Virus record (IMG/VR): IMGVR_UViG_3300042547_000432
Length of the DNA stretch: 64,000 nt
DNA from: a virus
Reading direction: 5' to 3' (one strand)
A program made the translations under genes and the position numbers. Positions 33,041 to 42,149 of the stretch are shown here, piece after piece. Numbering within the stretch: position 1 is the stretch's first letter; each line of letters opens with the position of its first letter. The notes under the pieces were generated by a model that worked only from the letters and a program-made list of their open reading frames with translations, searched no databases and had not been told where the DNA came from.

Positions 33041-33469
33041 TTATTCGGTTACTTCGGTCTTTTTGCGACCAATGTTGTATTTACTTTCAAGCGTCCATTC
33101 ATCTTTCTCTTTGAAAGCAAGAACTTTGATTTGATTCAACGGAGCAACATCAGCGATTGCTTCTGCTTTAACAACAGAAATCAATCCCCAATCGGATAAC
33201 AGTTGAATGATTCTGTTTCTACGTTGAACATCATTCACTGAAAGATTTGTATTCTTTCCATCAAGGGCAAACAGCTCCTTGAAGTGAACAATATAATATC
33301 TACCTTGCTTATGAAGAATATGGCAAGATTGGTAGATTTTCTTTTCTTTACGAGATGCTACACCGATACGGGTTAAGGTCTCACGAACTTTGAGGAAATC
33401 ATCAGGTTCATTGAGAGTCACCTCAACCATATCAGCTTGCTTCCATTCTACTTCAATATCAGGAGTCAT
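33041..33469 (-). CDS. regA: Translational repressor RegA
   Basis: FLKVRETLTRIG..QSCHILHKQGRYYIVHFKELFALDG. Confidence 0.97.
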   Translation of the reverse strand: MTPDIEVEWKQADMVEVTLNEPDDFLKVRETLTRIGVASRKEKKIYQSCHILHKQGRYYIVHFKELFALDGKNTNLSVNDVQRRNRIIQLLSDWGLISVVKAEAIADVAPLNQIKVLAFKEKDEWTLESKYNIGRKKTEVTE

Positions 33470-33852
33470 TTCTTTCCACCTTTGTCTACAAGTTTTTTAA
33501 TGTGTTCAAGTTGATCTTTTGATAAAATTCTCAATGCCTGTAGAGCTTTATCGTCGTTATAACCATAATACTCCTTAATCGCATCAAGGTATTCTACTTG
33601 AGATTTTTTCGCCCACGGCGAAAACCGCTTGCGCGGGTTGATACTATTTATAAAAAAGTCATACTGTAACTTCTTGTCCAAGTGAGGATACATATTCATC
33701 TCATTAGCAAAAAGAACTGTATCGTGAAAAGCAGCAAGACACTTGTTGACGATAAAAGGTGGATATGCTTTTTCAGATTCCTCGTCAATAACTACCGACT
33801 TCTTGTTTTGATTTATTGAGTTCAAATATTCCGTTAGAGATGGTTTCGTCAT
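33466..33852 (-). CDS. g62: Clamp loader small subunit gp62
   Basis: YPPFIVNKCL..HLDKKLQYDF. Confidence 0.92.
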   Translation of the reverse strand: MTKPSLTEYLNSINQNKKSVVIDEESEKAYPPFIVNKCLAAFHDTVLFANEMNMYPHLDKKLQYDFFINSINPRKRFSPWAKKSQVEYLDAIKEYYGYNDDKALQALRILSKDQLEHIKKLVDKGGKK

Positions 33853-34675
33853 AGTTAGTAATCAATAGTTCAGCGCGGTCTTTTTGCTCGTTCATGTAGT
33901 CACCCACTGAACGCATAGTATAGGTCAAATCCCATTTGGTTTGATAGTAACCATCATACCACTCTACGAGAGTTGGGTTGGTATTGTAAGTAATCATCCA
34001 CTTATCTTTTACATTCCCCTGAGTAATCCAAGCATGAAACTCTTCGTGATTGAATCCTTTGTGTAGCTCTCCTTTCTTTCCATAAAGATTATCTTTGATA
34101 TCGTAAGGAGGGTCAAAGAACCAGAATGTACCTACAGGAGCAGAAGTCATCATCATATCCCAGTAAGGACCACAAGTAATCTTCCAGTTCTGAACTAGTT
34201 CAGAATATTTGGGAAGGTTTTCAATACCTCGCATAGTAAAGTTATGGTCACTTGCTTGTGGAGAGAATGAAGATGATTCAGTCAGACCAGAGAAACTACA
34301 CTTGTTAACCACATAGAAAGCAGCAGCTCTACAAAGTTCTGGTTTCTCACTATCGTTCAGATCTTCTTTACAGTAGTTAAAAAGTTCCCTGGCAGTATCT
34401 GGTGTTGAGTGTTCTTTCTTGTATGCCTCCAGGAGAACAAACAATCCATCAGGTCTTGTCTGTAGCATCTGCCAGAAGTTTACCAAGGGTTCATAAAGAT
34501 CATTCACCCACACAGGAATGTCAGGGTATTCTTTTGTGAACGCGATTGCTACACTGCCACCACCAAGAAAAGGTTCACGATATTCAGTAGCATCCTTAGG
34601 CATCCTAGGGAGGAGGTATTTCATGGCACGAGATTTGCCACCAGGATAACGAAGAGGGGTCTTTAGTGATTTCAT
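33785..34675 (-). CDS. dam: DNA adenine methyltransferase (Dam/D12 class)
   Basis: LRYPGGKS, EPFLGGGS, DPPY. Confidence 0.92.
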   Translation of the reverse strand: MKSLKTPLRYPGGKSRAMKYLLPRMPKDATEYREPFLGGGSVAIAFTKEYPDIPVWVNDLYEPLVNFWQMLQTRPDGLFVLLEAYKKEHSTPDTARELFNYCKEDLNDSEKPELCRAAAFYVVNKCSFSGLTESSSFSPQASDHNFTMRGIENLPKYSELVQNWKITCGPYWDMMMTSAPVGTFWFFDPPYDIKDNLYGKKGELHKGFNHEEFHAWITQGNVKDKWMITYNTNPTLVEWYDGYYQTKWDLTYTMRSVGDYMNEQKDRAELLITNYDETISNGIFELNKSKQEVGSY

Positions 34676-35616
34676 TTAAACTTACACTCCACCATGATTT
34701 CAGTTAGACAAGCGAGAAGGTTAATCTCTTGGTCTGCCACAAAGGCAATCTGATACTGATACTTAGCAAGCACCAACACAGCAGGAGGAATAGAAGAACC
34801 TTCCAGCACTTCACTAAGAGCATTGTAGATTTTGCGAATGATAGTGTTGGGATCACTATCCATATTATCTACAACCCACTGACGAACAACATTATATTCC
34901 TTACCTTTCATCGCTCGCATGAGCTGGTCAATATTAACGTCAGCAATATCACAGAGCACAGCAGAGTCAAGGGAACCGCTTGCTGAGTGGCGCTGTGCTT
35001 CGTTCAGAAGACGCCTCCAATCGGGGTAGTAACGCTGAATCAGTTTGACCAGCACCTTGTCCTCATACGCCACGCCAGAGGCGTCTAGGATGCCCTGTAA
35101 GCGGGCGAAAAACGCCGCTTGGAGTTTCTGCTGCTCGCCCGCTTTGGTGCGGAAGTCAACGACGGTACAACGGGAATGGAGGGGTTCGACAATCTTGTTG
35201 ATGAAGTTACAGGTGAAAATGAAACGGCAGTTGCTATGAAACTCTTCAACAAATGCGCGAAGAGAAAGCTGAACATCATGTGTTGTGTTATCTGCCTCAT
35301 CAATGATAACAACTTTATGTTTACCACCACCAGTGAGACTGATAGTTGATGCGAACTGTTTAACTTTGTTTCGAATCGTGTCAAGGAAACGACCTTCATC
35401 AGAACCATTAATGACAATGTAACTAAGGTCAAGTTCTTCACACAATGCTTTGGCAACTGTAGTTTTGCCAACGCCAGGGGGACCAGACAGAAGGAGATTA
35501 GCAATCTCTCCCTGCTCTACAAATCCAGTAAATACTTTCTTTAACGAATCAGGGAGGATACAGTCTTCAATAGTATGAGGACGATATTCCTCCACCCACA
35601 GAAATTTTTTCATCAA
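34672..35616 (-). CDS. g44: Clamp loader large subunit gp44
   Basis: WVEEYRP, GPPGVGKT, IIDEAD, SRC. Confidence 0.97.
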   Translation of the reverse strand: MMKKFLWVEEYRPHTIEDCILPDSLKKVFTGFVEQGEIANLLLSGPPGVGKTTVAKALCEELDLSYIVINGSDEGRFLDTIRNKVKQFASTISLTGGGKHKVVIIDEADNTTHDVQLSLRAFVEEFHSNCRFIFTCNFINKIVEPLHSRCTVVDFRTKAGEQQKLQAAFFARLQGILDASGVAYEDKVLVKLIQRYYPDWRRLLNEAQRHSASGSLDSAVLCDIADVNIDQLMRAMKGKEYNVVRQWVVDNMDSDPNTIIRKIYNALSEVLEGSSIPPAVLVLAKYQYQIAFVADQEINLLACLTEIMVECKFK

Positions 35617-36275
35617 GGTTCAAGCGCAATGTAATATGTAACGTCAAGGTTTAGATGCTTCCACTCAGAAATGTGATGCTTAGAAACACCAACCACATAG
35701 TCACCTTGAAGGAGGCGAATATTCTCAACCTTTAGGTCAAGAGAATGCGTTCCTTCGAAAGTTCCAGGAACAACAATATCATACGTGTTGGAAGTTGACA
35801 CTTCATTATCACGCACTGAAAGAACAATCTCTTCATCAGAACTGATGTTCAAATCAGGCAGTTTGTAAATACCAGTTGCTTTCTGAATAGCAGCGATATC
35901 AGAAGCAGACAGAGTAAACTGAATATCTGAACCAGGATACTTTACCGATTTGTCGGGAGCAGTCTTGAGCGTAATCTCAGGATCTGAAAAATAGTATTTG
36001 ACACGGCTACGTCCGTCTTTGATAGTAACATAATCAGCATTGTCAAAGACCAGAGAAGGATTGTCAAACAAACTAAGACCAGCGAGAAACTGATTGAGAT
36101 CATAAATCGCAAAAGTCCGAGGAAAAGACTCTTCCACATTTGCCGCAGCCAAGATATTTTCAGCGTTGGAAATGGTTCGTAATGTGTTTCCCTTTTTGAT
36201 AATAATGCCATTGTTAATCGTGGCGAAGTTTTTTAGAATATTCAGAGTAGTTTGGGAAAGTGCGACTGTGCTCAT
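35613..36275 (-). CDS. g45: Sliding clamp gp45
   Basis: ILKNFATIN, IYDLNQFL, YYIALEP. Confidence 0.95.
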   Translation of the reverse strand: MSTVALSQTTLNILKNFATINNGIIIKKGNTLRTISNAENILAAANVEESFPRTFAIYDLNQFLAGLSLFDNPSLVFDNADYVTIKDGRSRVKYYFSDPEITLKTAPDKSVKYPGSDIQFTLSASDIAAIQKATGIYKLPDLNISSDEEIVLSVRDNEVSTSNTYDIVVPGTFEGTHSLDLKVENIRLLQGDYVVGVSKHHISEWKHLNLDVTYYIALEP

Positions 36276-36580
36276 TTAAACTCCTGTAGACCGTTCTGTG
36301 TACGACTGTAGTGACCATCAAAGTTAAGCAGAAGCATAGCATAGTGAATTACTTTGAGTAGGTCACGTTTGTTGCGACCATCCTTATCTCCGTAGCGACT
36401 GCCGTATTTTAAAATGTTTGCTTGACAGAAAGGAGCAGCGAGTTTTTTTGCTGCCATTAGATCAATTGTTTGAATATCATCGTATCCTTCTTCATCACCA
36501 CAGTAATGTCCGTGGTAGGTAGTCACAACATAATCCTCAACGTCTTTGAGAATTTTGTCTTCATTGTATTTCCATTGCAT
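36272..36580 (-). CDS. Conserved hypothetical protein (DUF3310-like)
   Basis: ILKYGSRYGDKDG..DLLKVIHY. Confidence 0.8.
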   Translation of the reverse strand: MQWKYNEDKILKDVEDYVVTTYHGHYCGDEEGYDDIQTIDLMAAKKLAAPFCQANILKYGSRYGDKDGRNKRDLLKVIHYAMLLLNFDGHYSRTQNGLQEFK

Positions 36581-36582
36581 AA

Positions 36583-36789
36583 TTAAAATTCCTTGATAAC
36601 AGAATCTATTTGGTTAGTATAGCACTTTGAGGAGTAAGAGTCAACACCCCCCATGCCATTTGGATATCGAATACCAAGATAGCAGTCAACATCTTTACCA
36701 CTATGATATTCAGTAATTTTACAGTAAACTAAAAAAACACCCCCATTTTTAAGATGGATGAGGGTGTGACGAGGAAGATTATCAAACAT
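36583..36789 (-). CDS. Hypothetical protein
   Basis: ORF track. Confidence 0.55.
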   Translation of the reverse strand: MFDNLPRHTLIHLKNGGVFLVYCKITEYHSGKDVDCYLGIRYPNGMGGVDSYSSKCYTNQIDSVIKEF

Positions 36790-37883
36790 CAGGATTCAAT
36801 AGTCAGTTCAGGTTCAGTGGTTTCAGTCTTAGGAGCATCAATGGAAGCATCAATCTTGGTGTAAAGCTCCATGAAGGATTGCTTAGTCTCATCATCAAAA
36901 CGAGCAATACACACTTCGATTGCTTTCTTGCGCTTGCCGAAGATGCTGAAGGCACGAATAACGTGAACCAGACGACGGGTAGAGATGATTTCATCAACAC
37001 CACCATCGTAGAAAGTCTTACGAATGATTTCCGCCCAAGCAACCAAACGGTCAACGAATTCTGAATCGTAAGCATTCAGAGACTCAGAAGCTTTCTTAAG
37101 AATGGCAGTTTCAACCTTAGGAGTAGGATATGCCTGCTCAAAGGTCACAGGAAAACGCTCAAGGAATGCCTCGTTAAGCACGTTGGTGCCGATGAAGCGA
37201 CCATCATCGCTACCCTTACCTTTGGTGTTAGCAGTAGCTACCACATTAAAACCAGCAGCAGGTTTGACATACTTACCAATCTTCTTAAGGAAGACACCCT
37301 TACCCTCAAGCACAGACTGGAGACAGAGGATTTTGTTAGAGGCAAGGTCAATCTCATCCAACAGCAGAATAGCGCCACGGTTGAGTGCTTGCACCACAGG
37401 TCCATCATGCCACACAGTCTCACCGTTAACGAGACGGAAACCACCAATCAGATCATCCTCATCGGTTTCGATGGTGATGTTAACACGAATCAACTCACGC
37501 TTCAGTTGAGCACAAGCTTGCTCCACACCGAAAGTTTTACCATTGCCAGAGAGACCAGTGATGAAGATAGGGTAATACTGACGAGAAGAAATAATCTTCT
37601 TAACATCACTAAAGTTACCAAAGCTGACGAAGGTAGCATCTTTCGCAGGAATAAAGTTTTCAGGATTTTCGACCACAGATTCTACAGCAGGTTGACTATA
37701 AGTTTGCTCCAGTTGCTCAATCGCAGTCAGGTGCCACATGCCGCGATGCACCTTAAACTGCTCCAGTTTCTTGGCGAGAGTCTGATAAGACATACCAATC
37801 TCATCAGCATAAGCACGAAGGTCAGCAGCAGTAACGACAGGACCGAAACGCTCGATGATGGGGGCGACTTCAAAGTTTTTCAT
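36789..37883 (-). CDS. cobS: CobS-like / MoxR AAA+ ATPase
   Basis: GLSGNGKT, LLDEID, NTKG, LNEAFLERF. Confidence 0.9.
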   Translation of the reverse strand: MKNFEVAPIIERFGPVVTAADLRAYADEIGMSYQTLAKKLEQFKVHRGMWHLTAIEQLEQTYSQPAVESVVENPENFIPAKDATFVSFGNFSDVKKIISSRQYYPIFITGLSGNGKTFGVEQACAQLKRELIRVNITIETDEDDLIGGFRLVNGETVWHDGPVVQALNRGAILLLDEIDLASNKILCLQSVLEGKGVFLKKIGKYVKPAAGFNVVATANTKGKGSDDGRFIGTNVLNEAFLERFPVTFEQAYPTPKVETAILKKASESLNAYDSEFVDRLVAWAEIIRKTFYDGGVDEIISTRRLVHVIRAFSIFGKRKKAIEVCIARFDDETKQSFMELYTKIDASIDAPKTETTEPELTIES

Positions 37884-37908
37884 GGTGTGGGTTGTTTCGT
37901 ATGTAAGT

Positions 37909-37937
37909 ATTATAGGGGAAAGAGGGTGGGGGCGCAA
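37909..37937 (-). promoter_or_regulatory. Sigma70 promoter for cobS; -35 inside a GC hairpin
   Basis: TTGCGC-17nt-TATAAT; GGGGGC-TTGC-GCCCCC. Confidence 0.7.
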
Positions 37938-37954
37938 GCCCCCAAGTGATTAGG

Positions 37955-40096
37955 TTAACTAATGAGTGTGGCAAAGGAAGTCAGCATTTTCTTATTGACG
38001 CCTTTCTTAGCAAGTGCCGTGGTGAATGCCTTGCCGATTTCTTTCTCAGAAGCATCTTCAGCAACTTCAAATTCGCTATTCGCAGATAGCGAATCGGTGC
38101 CCATCAGATAGAGTGCCTGATAACCAAGATGCTCAACCAGCTCAGCAGACTTAGTTTTCTTCCATTGCTTCTGAACTTCATTCCAATCGGTTTTACAATC
38201 TTCAGCATTGTAGGTGGTGTTAAGACCACGACCATTCACCAGACGAATACCAATCAGGTTTACATCCGAGAAACGATCACGCACATTCTGGAGAAATACT
38301 TTGGTGATAAGATCCGAGTTACCATAGTAACCTCCATCACTAAAGCGAGGATATACGCGACCAGTTTTACGGTCACGCAGAATACAATCATTACTCACAT
38401 AGCTGGTGCCAAGACGGCTACCGTAAGTCTGATCGGTGTAGTAATTGATATTGGAAGATTCGCCGTCAGTCAAAATAATAACGTTAGTCTTTTGAACCTT
38501 GTTACGCTTCTGAAAGTCGGGGATAAGTGCGGTCAGAGAAATTGCTGCTTCATGAAGAGGAGTGCCAGAAAGACTATATCCAGCAGGCATAGAGTAACCA
38601 GAGTAACTACCGTTGCCAACAACAAGACGCCAGAAGTTTTTAAGTTGTGCTTCAAGGTCTTTACCGTTTCGCCCATTGCTGCTAACAAGATTCAGCATAT
38701 TGAAATGGTCACACAGTTTAACTTGACCAGCCTTAGGAGTCTGAAGGCGAGGAGATTTGTTGCGAGTTTGAGTCTGATAATCGTAGGATTTGTGATACCA
38801 ATAATCATTGGTAAAGGCATAGATGTCAAAAGGAATCTGAACTTTCTTACAGAACCAAGCAAGGTTGAGAAGTTGCTTAGCAGTATCCTGAAGAATGTTG
38901 CCCATCGAACCAGACCAATCGAGAACAAAAATCAAACCGTGATTCTTACCGTCAGGCACCACATTGATTTTCTTGAATACATCTTCATTCCACTTGTAAG
39001 TGTGAAGAAGTGCCGTATCAAGGATACCAGTCTTGGCAGTAGATGCACGGGCATACTGATCTGCCGACTTACGCATTTCAAACTCTTTCACAAGGTAGTT
39101 AACCTCACGTTGAGCTTCACTACGAAAAGTAAGATACTGTTTGTCAACTTCCCTAAAGAGAGATTGCGATTGCTCGCCAAAAGTTTGATTACAATCTTCT
39201 TGAACTTCTTTATTAGTAATAACAAATTTTTCTACTTTCAAATCAGGCAACTCAATATAGTTGAGATGATGAGAACGAGGGTGGTCACTAATCAGTTGTT
39301 TCTGATTCTCAGTGAATGCCTTGTCAGTTTCAGACTCAAGTGTATTGTGTTGACCACCAGAAGTAGCTCCTTCACCCGCACCTTGAGGTTGATTAGCATC
39401 AGCACCGTCACCTTGAGTTTGATTACCATTGCCAGACACTTCTTGCGGTTGCTCGCCTTCGCCTTGATCACCCTCACCTTGAGTGGAATCACCCCCACCT
39501 TGAGTAGATTGCTGAAGGTCGGGTTGTGCTTCTACAACCTGCTGTTGCTCCTGTTCTTGAGTATATTGAAGAATCTTACGAGCAACTTCTACAACTTGCT
39601 CAAAGGTTTCGGCATTAGCAAGCTCATCCACCAGCATCTTCTCTTCAGTATTCCAAGCAAACACTTCACCAGCATGAATGCCAATCTTAAAGTAAAGATT
39701 CACACGGTCAATCAGAGCATAAGAATCTAACTCACGGTCACCAATACAGAAGAAATCATCATCTTGTAGCTCTTTGTAACCAGCATAGAAGTTACGAGCA
39801 AGACCAGGAAACTTACGTTTCATCAGTTTCTCAATACGAGCATCCTCACACACATTCAGGTAGGATTGAGGAATGCCATAATCATCACCCCATTTGTCGG
39901 GGGTATACAGAGCGTGACCGACTTCATGCCCAACCAGCATATCGTATACGTTGGCAGATGCTTTCTCCCACATAGGCAGGGTCAGCACACGATCCTTCAC
40001 GTTAAACATCGCCGTCTCAACAGGGCGGTGCTCTACGATCAGGTTTTCGGTAGCAAGAAGGCGAGCGAGATTGCCCTTGACTTCGGCGTTGAACAT
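37955..40096 (-). CDS. CobT-like metallopeptidase/vWA protein
   Basis: HEVGH zincin motif; DWSGS MIDAS; GTP; ILTDGES. Confidence 0.85.
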   Translation of the reverse strand: MFNAEVKGNLARLLATENLIVEHRPVETAMFNVKDRVLTLPMWEKASANVYDMLVGHEVGHALYTPDKWGDDYGIPQSYLNVCEDARIEKLMKRKFPGLARNFYAGYKELQDDDFFCIGDRELDSYALIDRVNLYFKIGIHAGEVFAWNTEEKMLVDELANAETFEQVVEVARKILQYTQEQEQQQVVEAQPDLQQSTQGGGDSTQGEGDQGEGEQPQEVSGNGNQTQGDGADANQPQGAGEGATSGGQHNTLESETDKAFTENQKQLISDHPRSHHLNYIELPDLKVEKFVITNKEVQEDCNQTFGEQSQSLFREVDKQYLTFRSEAQREVNYLVKEFEMRKSADQYARASTAKTGILDTALLHTYKWNEDVFKKINVVPDGKNHGLIFVLDWSGSMGNILQDTAKQLLNLAWFCKKVQIPFDIYAFTNDYWYHKSYDYQTQTRNKSPRLQTPKAGQVKLCDHFNMLNLVSSNGRNGKDLEAQLKNFWRLVVGNGSYSGYSMPAGYSLSGTPLHEAAISLTALIPDFQKRNKVQKTNVIILTDGESSNINYYTDQTYGSRLGTSYVSNDCILRDRKTGRVYPRFSDGGYYGNSDLITKVFLQNVRDRFSDVNLIGIRLVNGRGLNTTYNAEDCKTDWNEVQKQWKKTKSAELVEHLGYQALYLMGTDSLSANSEFEVAEDASEKEIGKAFTTALAKKGVNKKMLTSFATLIS

Positions 40097-40119
40097 CGGT
40101 CTCTTTCGTTGATGAATCA

Positions 40120-40152
40120 ACTATACATCAAAAGGGGTGCCGAAGCAACCCC
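40120..40152 (-). terminator. g46 terminator overlapping a TTGCTT-17-TATAGT promoter
   Basis: GGGGT-TGC-TTCG-GCA-CCCC-TTTT. Confidence 0.7.
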
Positions 40153-40159
40153 TCTTAAG

Positions 40160-41884
40160 TTATTCTAATGTCTCTTCCGTGACGTATGAGAAATTCTTAT
40201 GCTTCTCAAATCGTAGGCAGCGGTCAAACTTGTCTGCCATATTGTCTCGATGAGAGATAACAAACACATTTGTTTTGTCATCAAAGGTTTTAAGAATCCA
40301 CCCAAGATCGCTGTTACCAGATTGATCTAGTGAACCGTCAAAGATTTCATCAAGGATTAGAAGATTAGTATCCACGCTATTCTTAAGTTTAGCAACACTA
40401 CGCCAAGTAAGCAGCAGAGCAATATCAATTCTAGCCTTTTCGCCCTCAGAAAAAGATTCATAACTAAATTCATCTCTGTAACGTGATTTGATTACTTCTT
40501 CAAAACTTTCGTTAAGCATAAACGATGCTGGAAACTCCATCTTATCAAGGTAATCATTGATAAGCTTGTTCATCGTTGGAAGGTATTTTTTGATGATCCT
40601 CGTTTTGATGCCCGAGTCTTTGAGGAGTTGCGCCGCCGTGAGTAGGCAGTCTTTTTCTTCTTTTGTTTCAGAAATCGTTTCTTGGATTCGCTTCCCGTCC
40701 TCGCTGAGCGATTTAAGTATTGAAAACTGCTCTCGTTGACTGACATCTGAATCCCGCAGTTTTCTGATGTCGTCGTCCAGTTCTTCAATTCGTTTATGAA
40801 GTGACTTAATTTCATTATTGAGTTGTCTGTTCTTTAGATTGAGTTCGTTTATTTCATCAATCAAAAGAATAAAGGTATCTTCTTTACTTTGGAGATCGGA
40901 AAGTTGTTGTCCCAAATCAGACACACCTTTCTCCACCTCAGCAAGTTTATCCGAGAGAAGCGCGATCTTCTCTTGTTTAAAATGCTCTTCGATACTCTGA
41001 CCGCATGTTGGGCAAGTATCATTCTCCTCAAAGAATTTTTTCTCTTTTGTGTGAGACTTTCGTTTGGTTGACAATTTTTCTTTGATCGTAGTGATCTTAG
41101 ATATCGTTGCTTTAAGCGTCTGCGTGTCTGAAATGGCAGCGGTCTTAATGTTGATTTCCTTGTCGTTATTGAGGATTTCTGTTTCATGATTTAGAGATTC
41201 TGTTAACAGAGTTTCTTTCTTGTTCTCTTTTTCTTGAATGTCTTCTTTATTCTTTTTCTCAATTTCAAGCATAAACTGTTTCTGCATATCAATCTTTTCT
41301 TTGACAAGAGACAGTTTATACTCGTGATCTTTTAATTCGTCGTTAATTACTTTAATCTTTTCTTTGAGATTGACATTCATTGTCGAGAAGATTTGAATGT
41401 CAAGAATGTCTTCAATGATTTCTCTACGAGCTGCCAATGGAAGACGCATAAATGGCACAAAGGTAGATGACCCGAGCACCACAATCTGAGTAAATGATTT
41501 GTAATTCATTTTCAGAATAGTTTGCTCAAAATGTTTTTGCTGATCTACAGCAGAAGAATCTTGATTGAGTAGCGCACCATTCTGGTAAATTTCAAACTTC
41601 GCTGGTTTAATACCACGAATCACTTTGTATTTATTATTACCAATATTAAAATTAACTTCTACAACACAATCACTTTGATTAATGGAGTTGAGAAGTTGTG
41701 GTTTGTTAATTTTTCTAAATGGTTTACCAAACAACGAAAAAGTGAGGGCATCGAGAATGGTGGATTTACCAGCACCATTGCTCCCCACAATCAAACTACT
41801 TTTAGTGTCAGTAAGAGATACTTCAGTAAACTGAGCACCAGTAGACAGAAAATTTTTCCATTTAATGGTTTTGAATATAATCAT
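40160..41884 (-). CDS. g46: Recombination nuclease ATPase subunit gp46 (Rad50/SbcC-like)
   Basis: GSNGAGKS, CPTCGQ hook, FSEGE, LILDE. Confidence 0.97.
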   Translation of the reverse strand: MIIFKTIKWKNFLSTGAQFTEVSLTDTKSSLIVGSNGAGKSTILDALTFSLFGKPFRKINKPQLLNSINQSDCVVEVNFNIGNNKYKVIRGIKPAKFEIYQNGALLNQDSSAVDQQKHFEQTILKMNYKSFTQIVVLGSSTFVPFMRLPLAARREIIEDILDIQIFSTMNVNLKEKIKVINDELKDHEYKLSLVKEKIDMQKQFMLEIEKKNKEDIQEKENKKETLLTESLNHETEILNNDKEINIKTAAISDTQTLKATISKITTIKEKLSTKRKSHTKEKKFFEENDTCPTCGQSIEEHFKQEKIALLSDKLAEVEKGVSDLGQQLSDLQSKEDTFILLIDEINELNLKNRQLNNEIKSLHKRIEELDDDIRKLRDSDVSQREQFSILKSLSEDGKRIQETISETKEEKDCLLTAAQLLKDSGIKTRIIKKYLPTMNKLINDYLDKMEFPASFMLNESFEEVIKSRYRDEFSYESFSEGEKARIDIALLLTWRSVAKLKNSVDTNLLILDEIFDGSLDQSGNSDLGWILKTFDDKTNVFVISHRDNMADKFDRCLRFEKHKNFSYVTEETLE

Positions 41885-42149
41885 AATCTCTGGGGGGAAC
41901 AATAATGTCGTCGGGTTCAATAATAGTGTACTTCATCCCTTTCATTTCACACACTTGTATTCCAGCTTTTGGATCTACTTCGTGAGTTGTAAGAGGGGGT
42001 AGAGTTCCTTCGTAGTCGTTTGCCTCAAGCAAACCAAGATACCTCTCGGCATCTTCTTCTTCTTTGAAAAAGTATACCACATGATCACCCTCGTCGTCAA
42101 CAACCGAATAAACTCCATCTGAATGTTCGGCAAGGGTGATAAGAAACAT
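41862..42149 (-). CDS. Conserved hypothetical protein
   Basis: FFKEEEDAERY..IIVPP. Confidence 0.75.
   Translation of the reverse strand: MFLITLAEHSDGVYSVVDDEGDHVVYFFKEEEDAERYLGLLEANDYEGTLPPLTTHEVDPKAGIQVCEMKGMKYTIIEPDDIIVPPRDYDYIQNH

Noticed and set aside
38129-39730. 533-aa + strand ORF (also 37389..37949)
   Set aside because: Lies in register antisense to the CobT-like and CobS genes; low-information Leu/Ile/Ser-rich translation, no RBS or promoter. Best explained as a codon-bias shadow.
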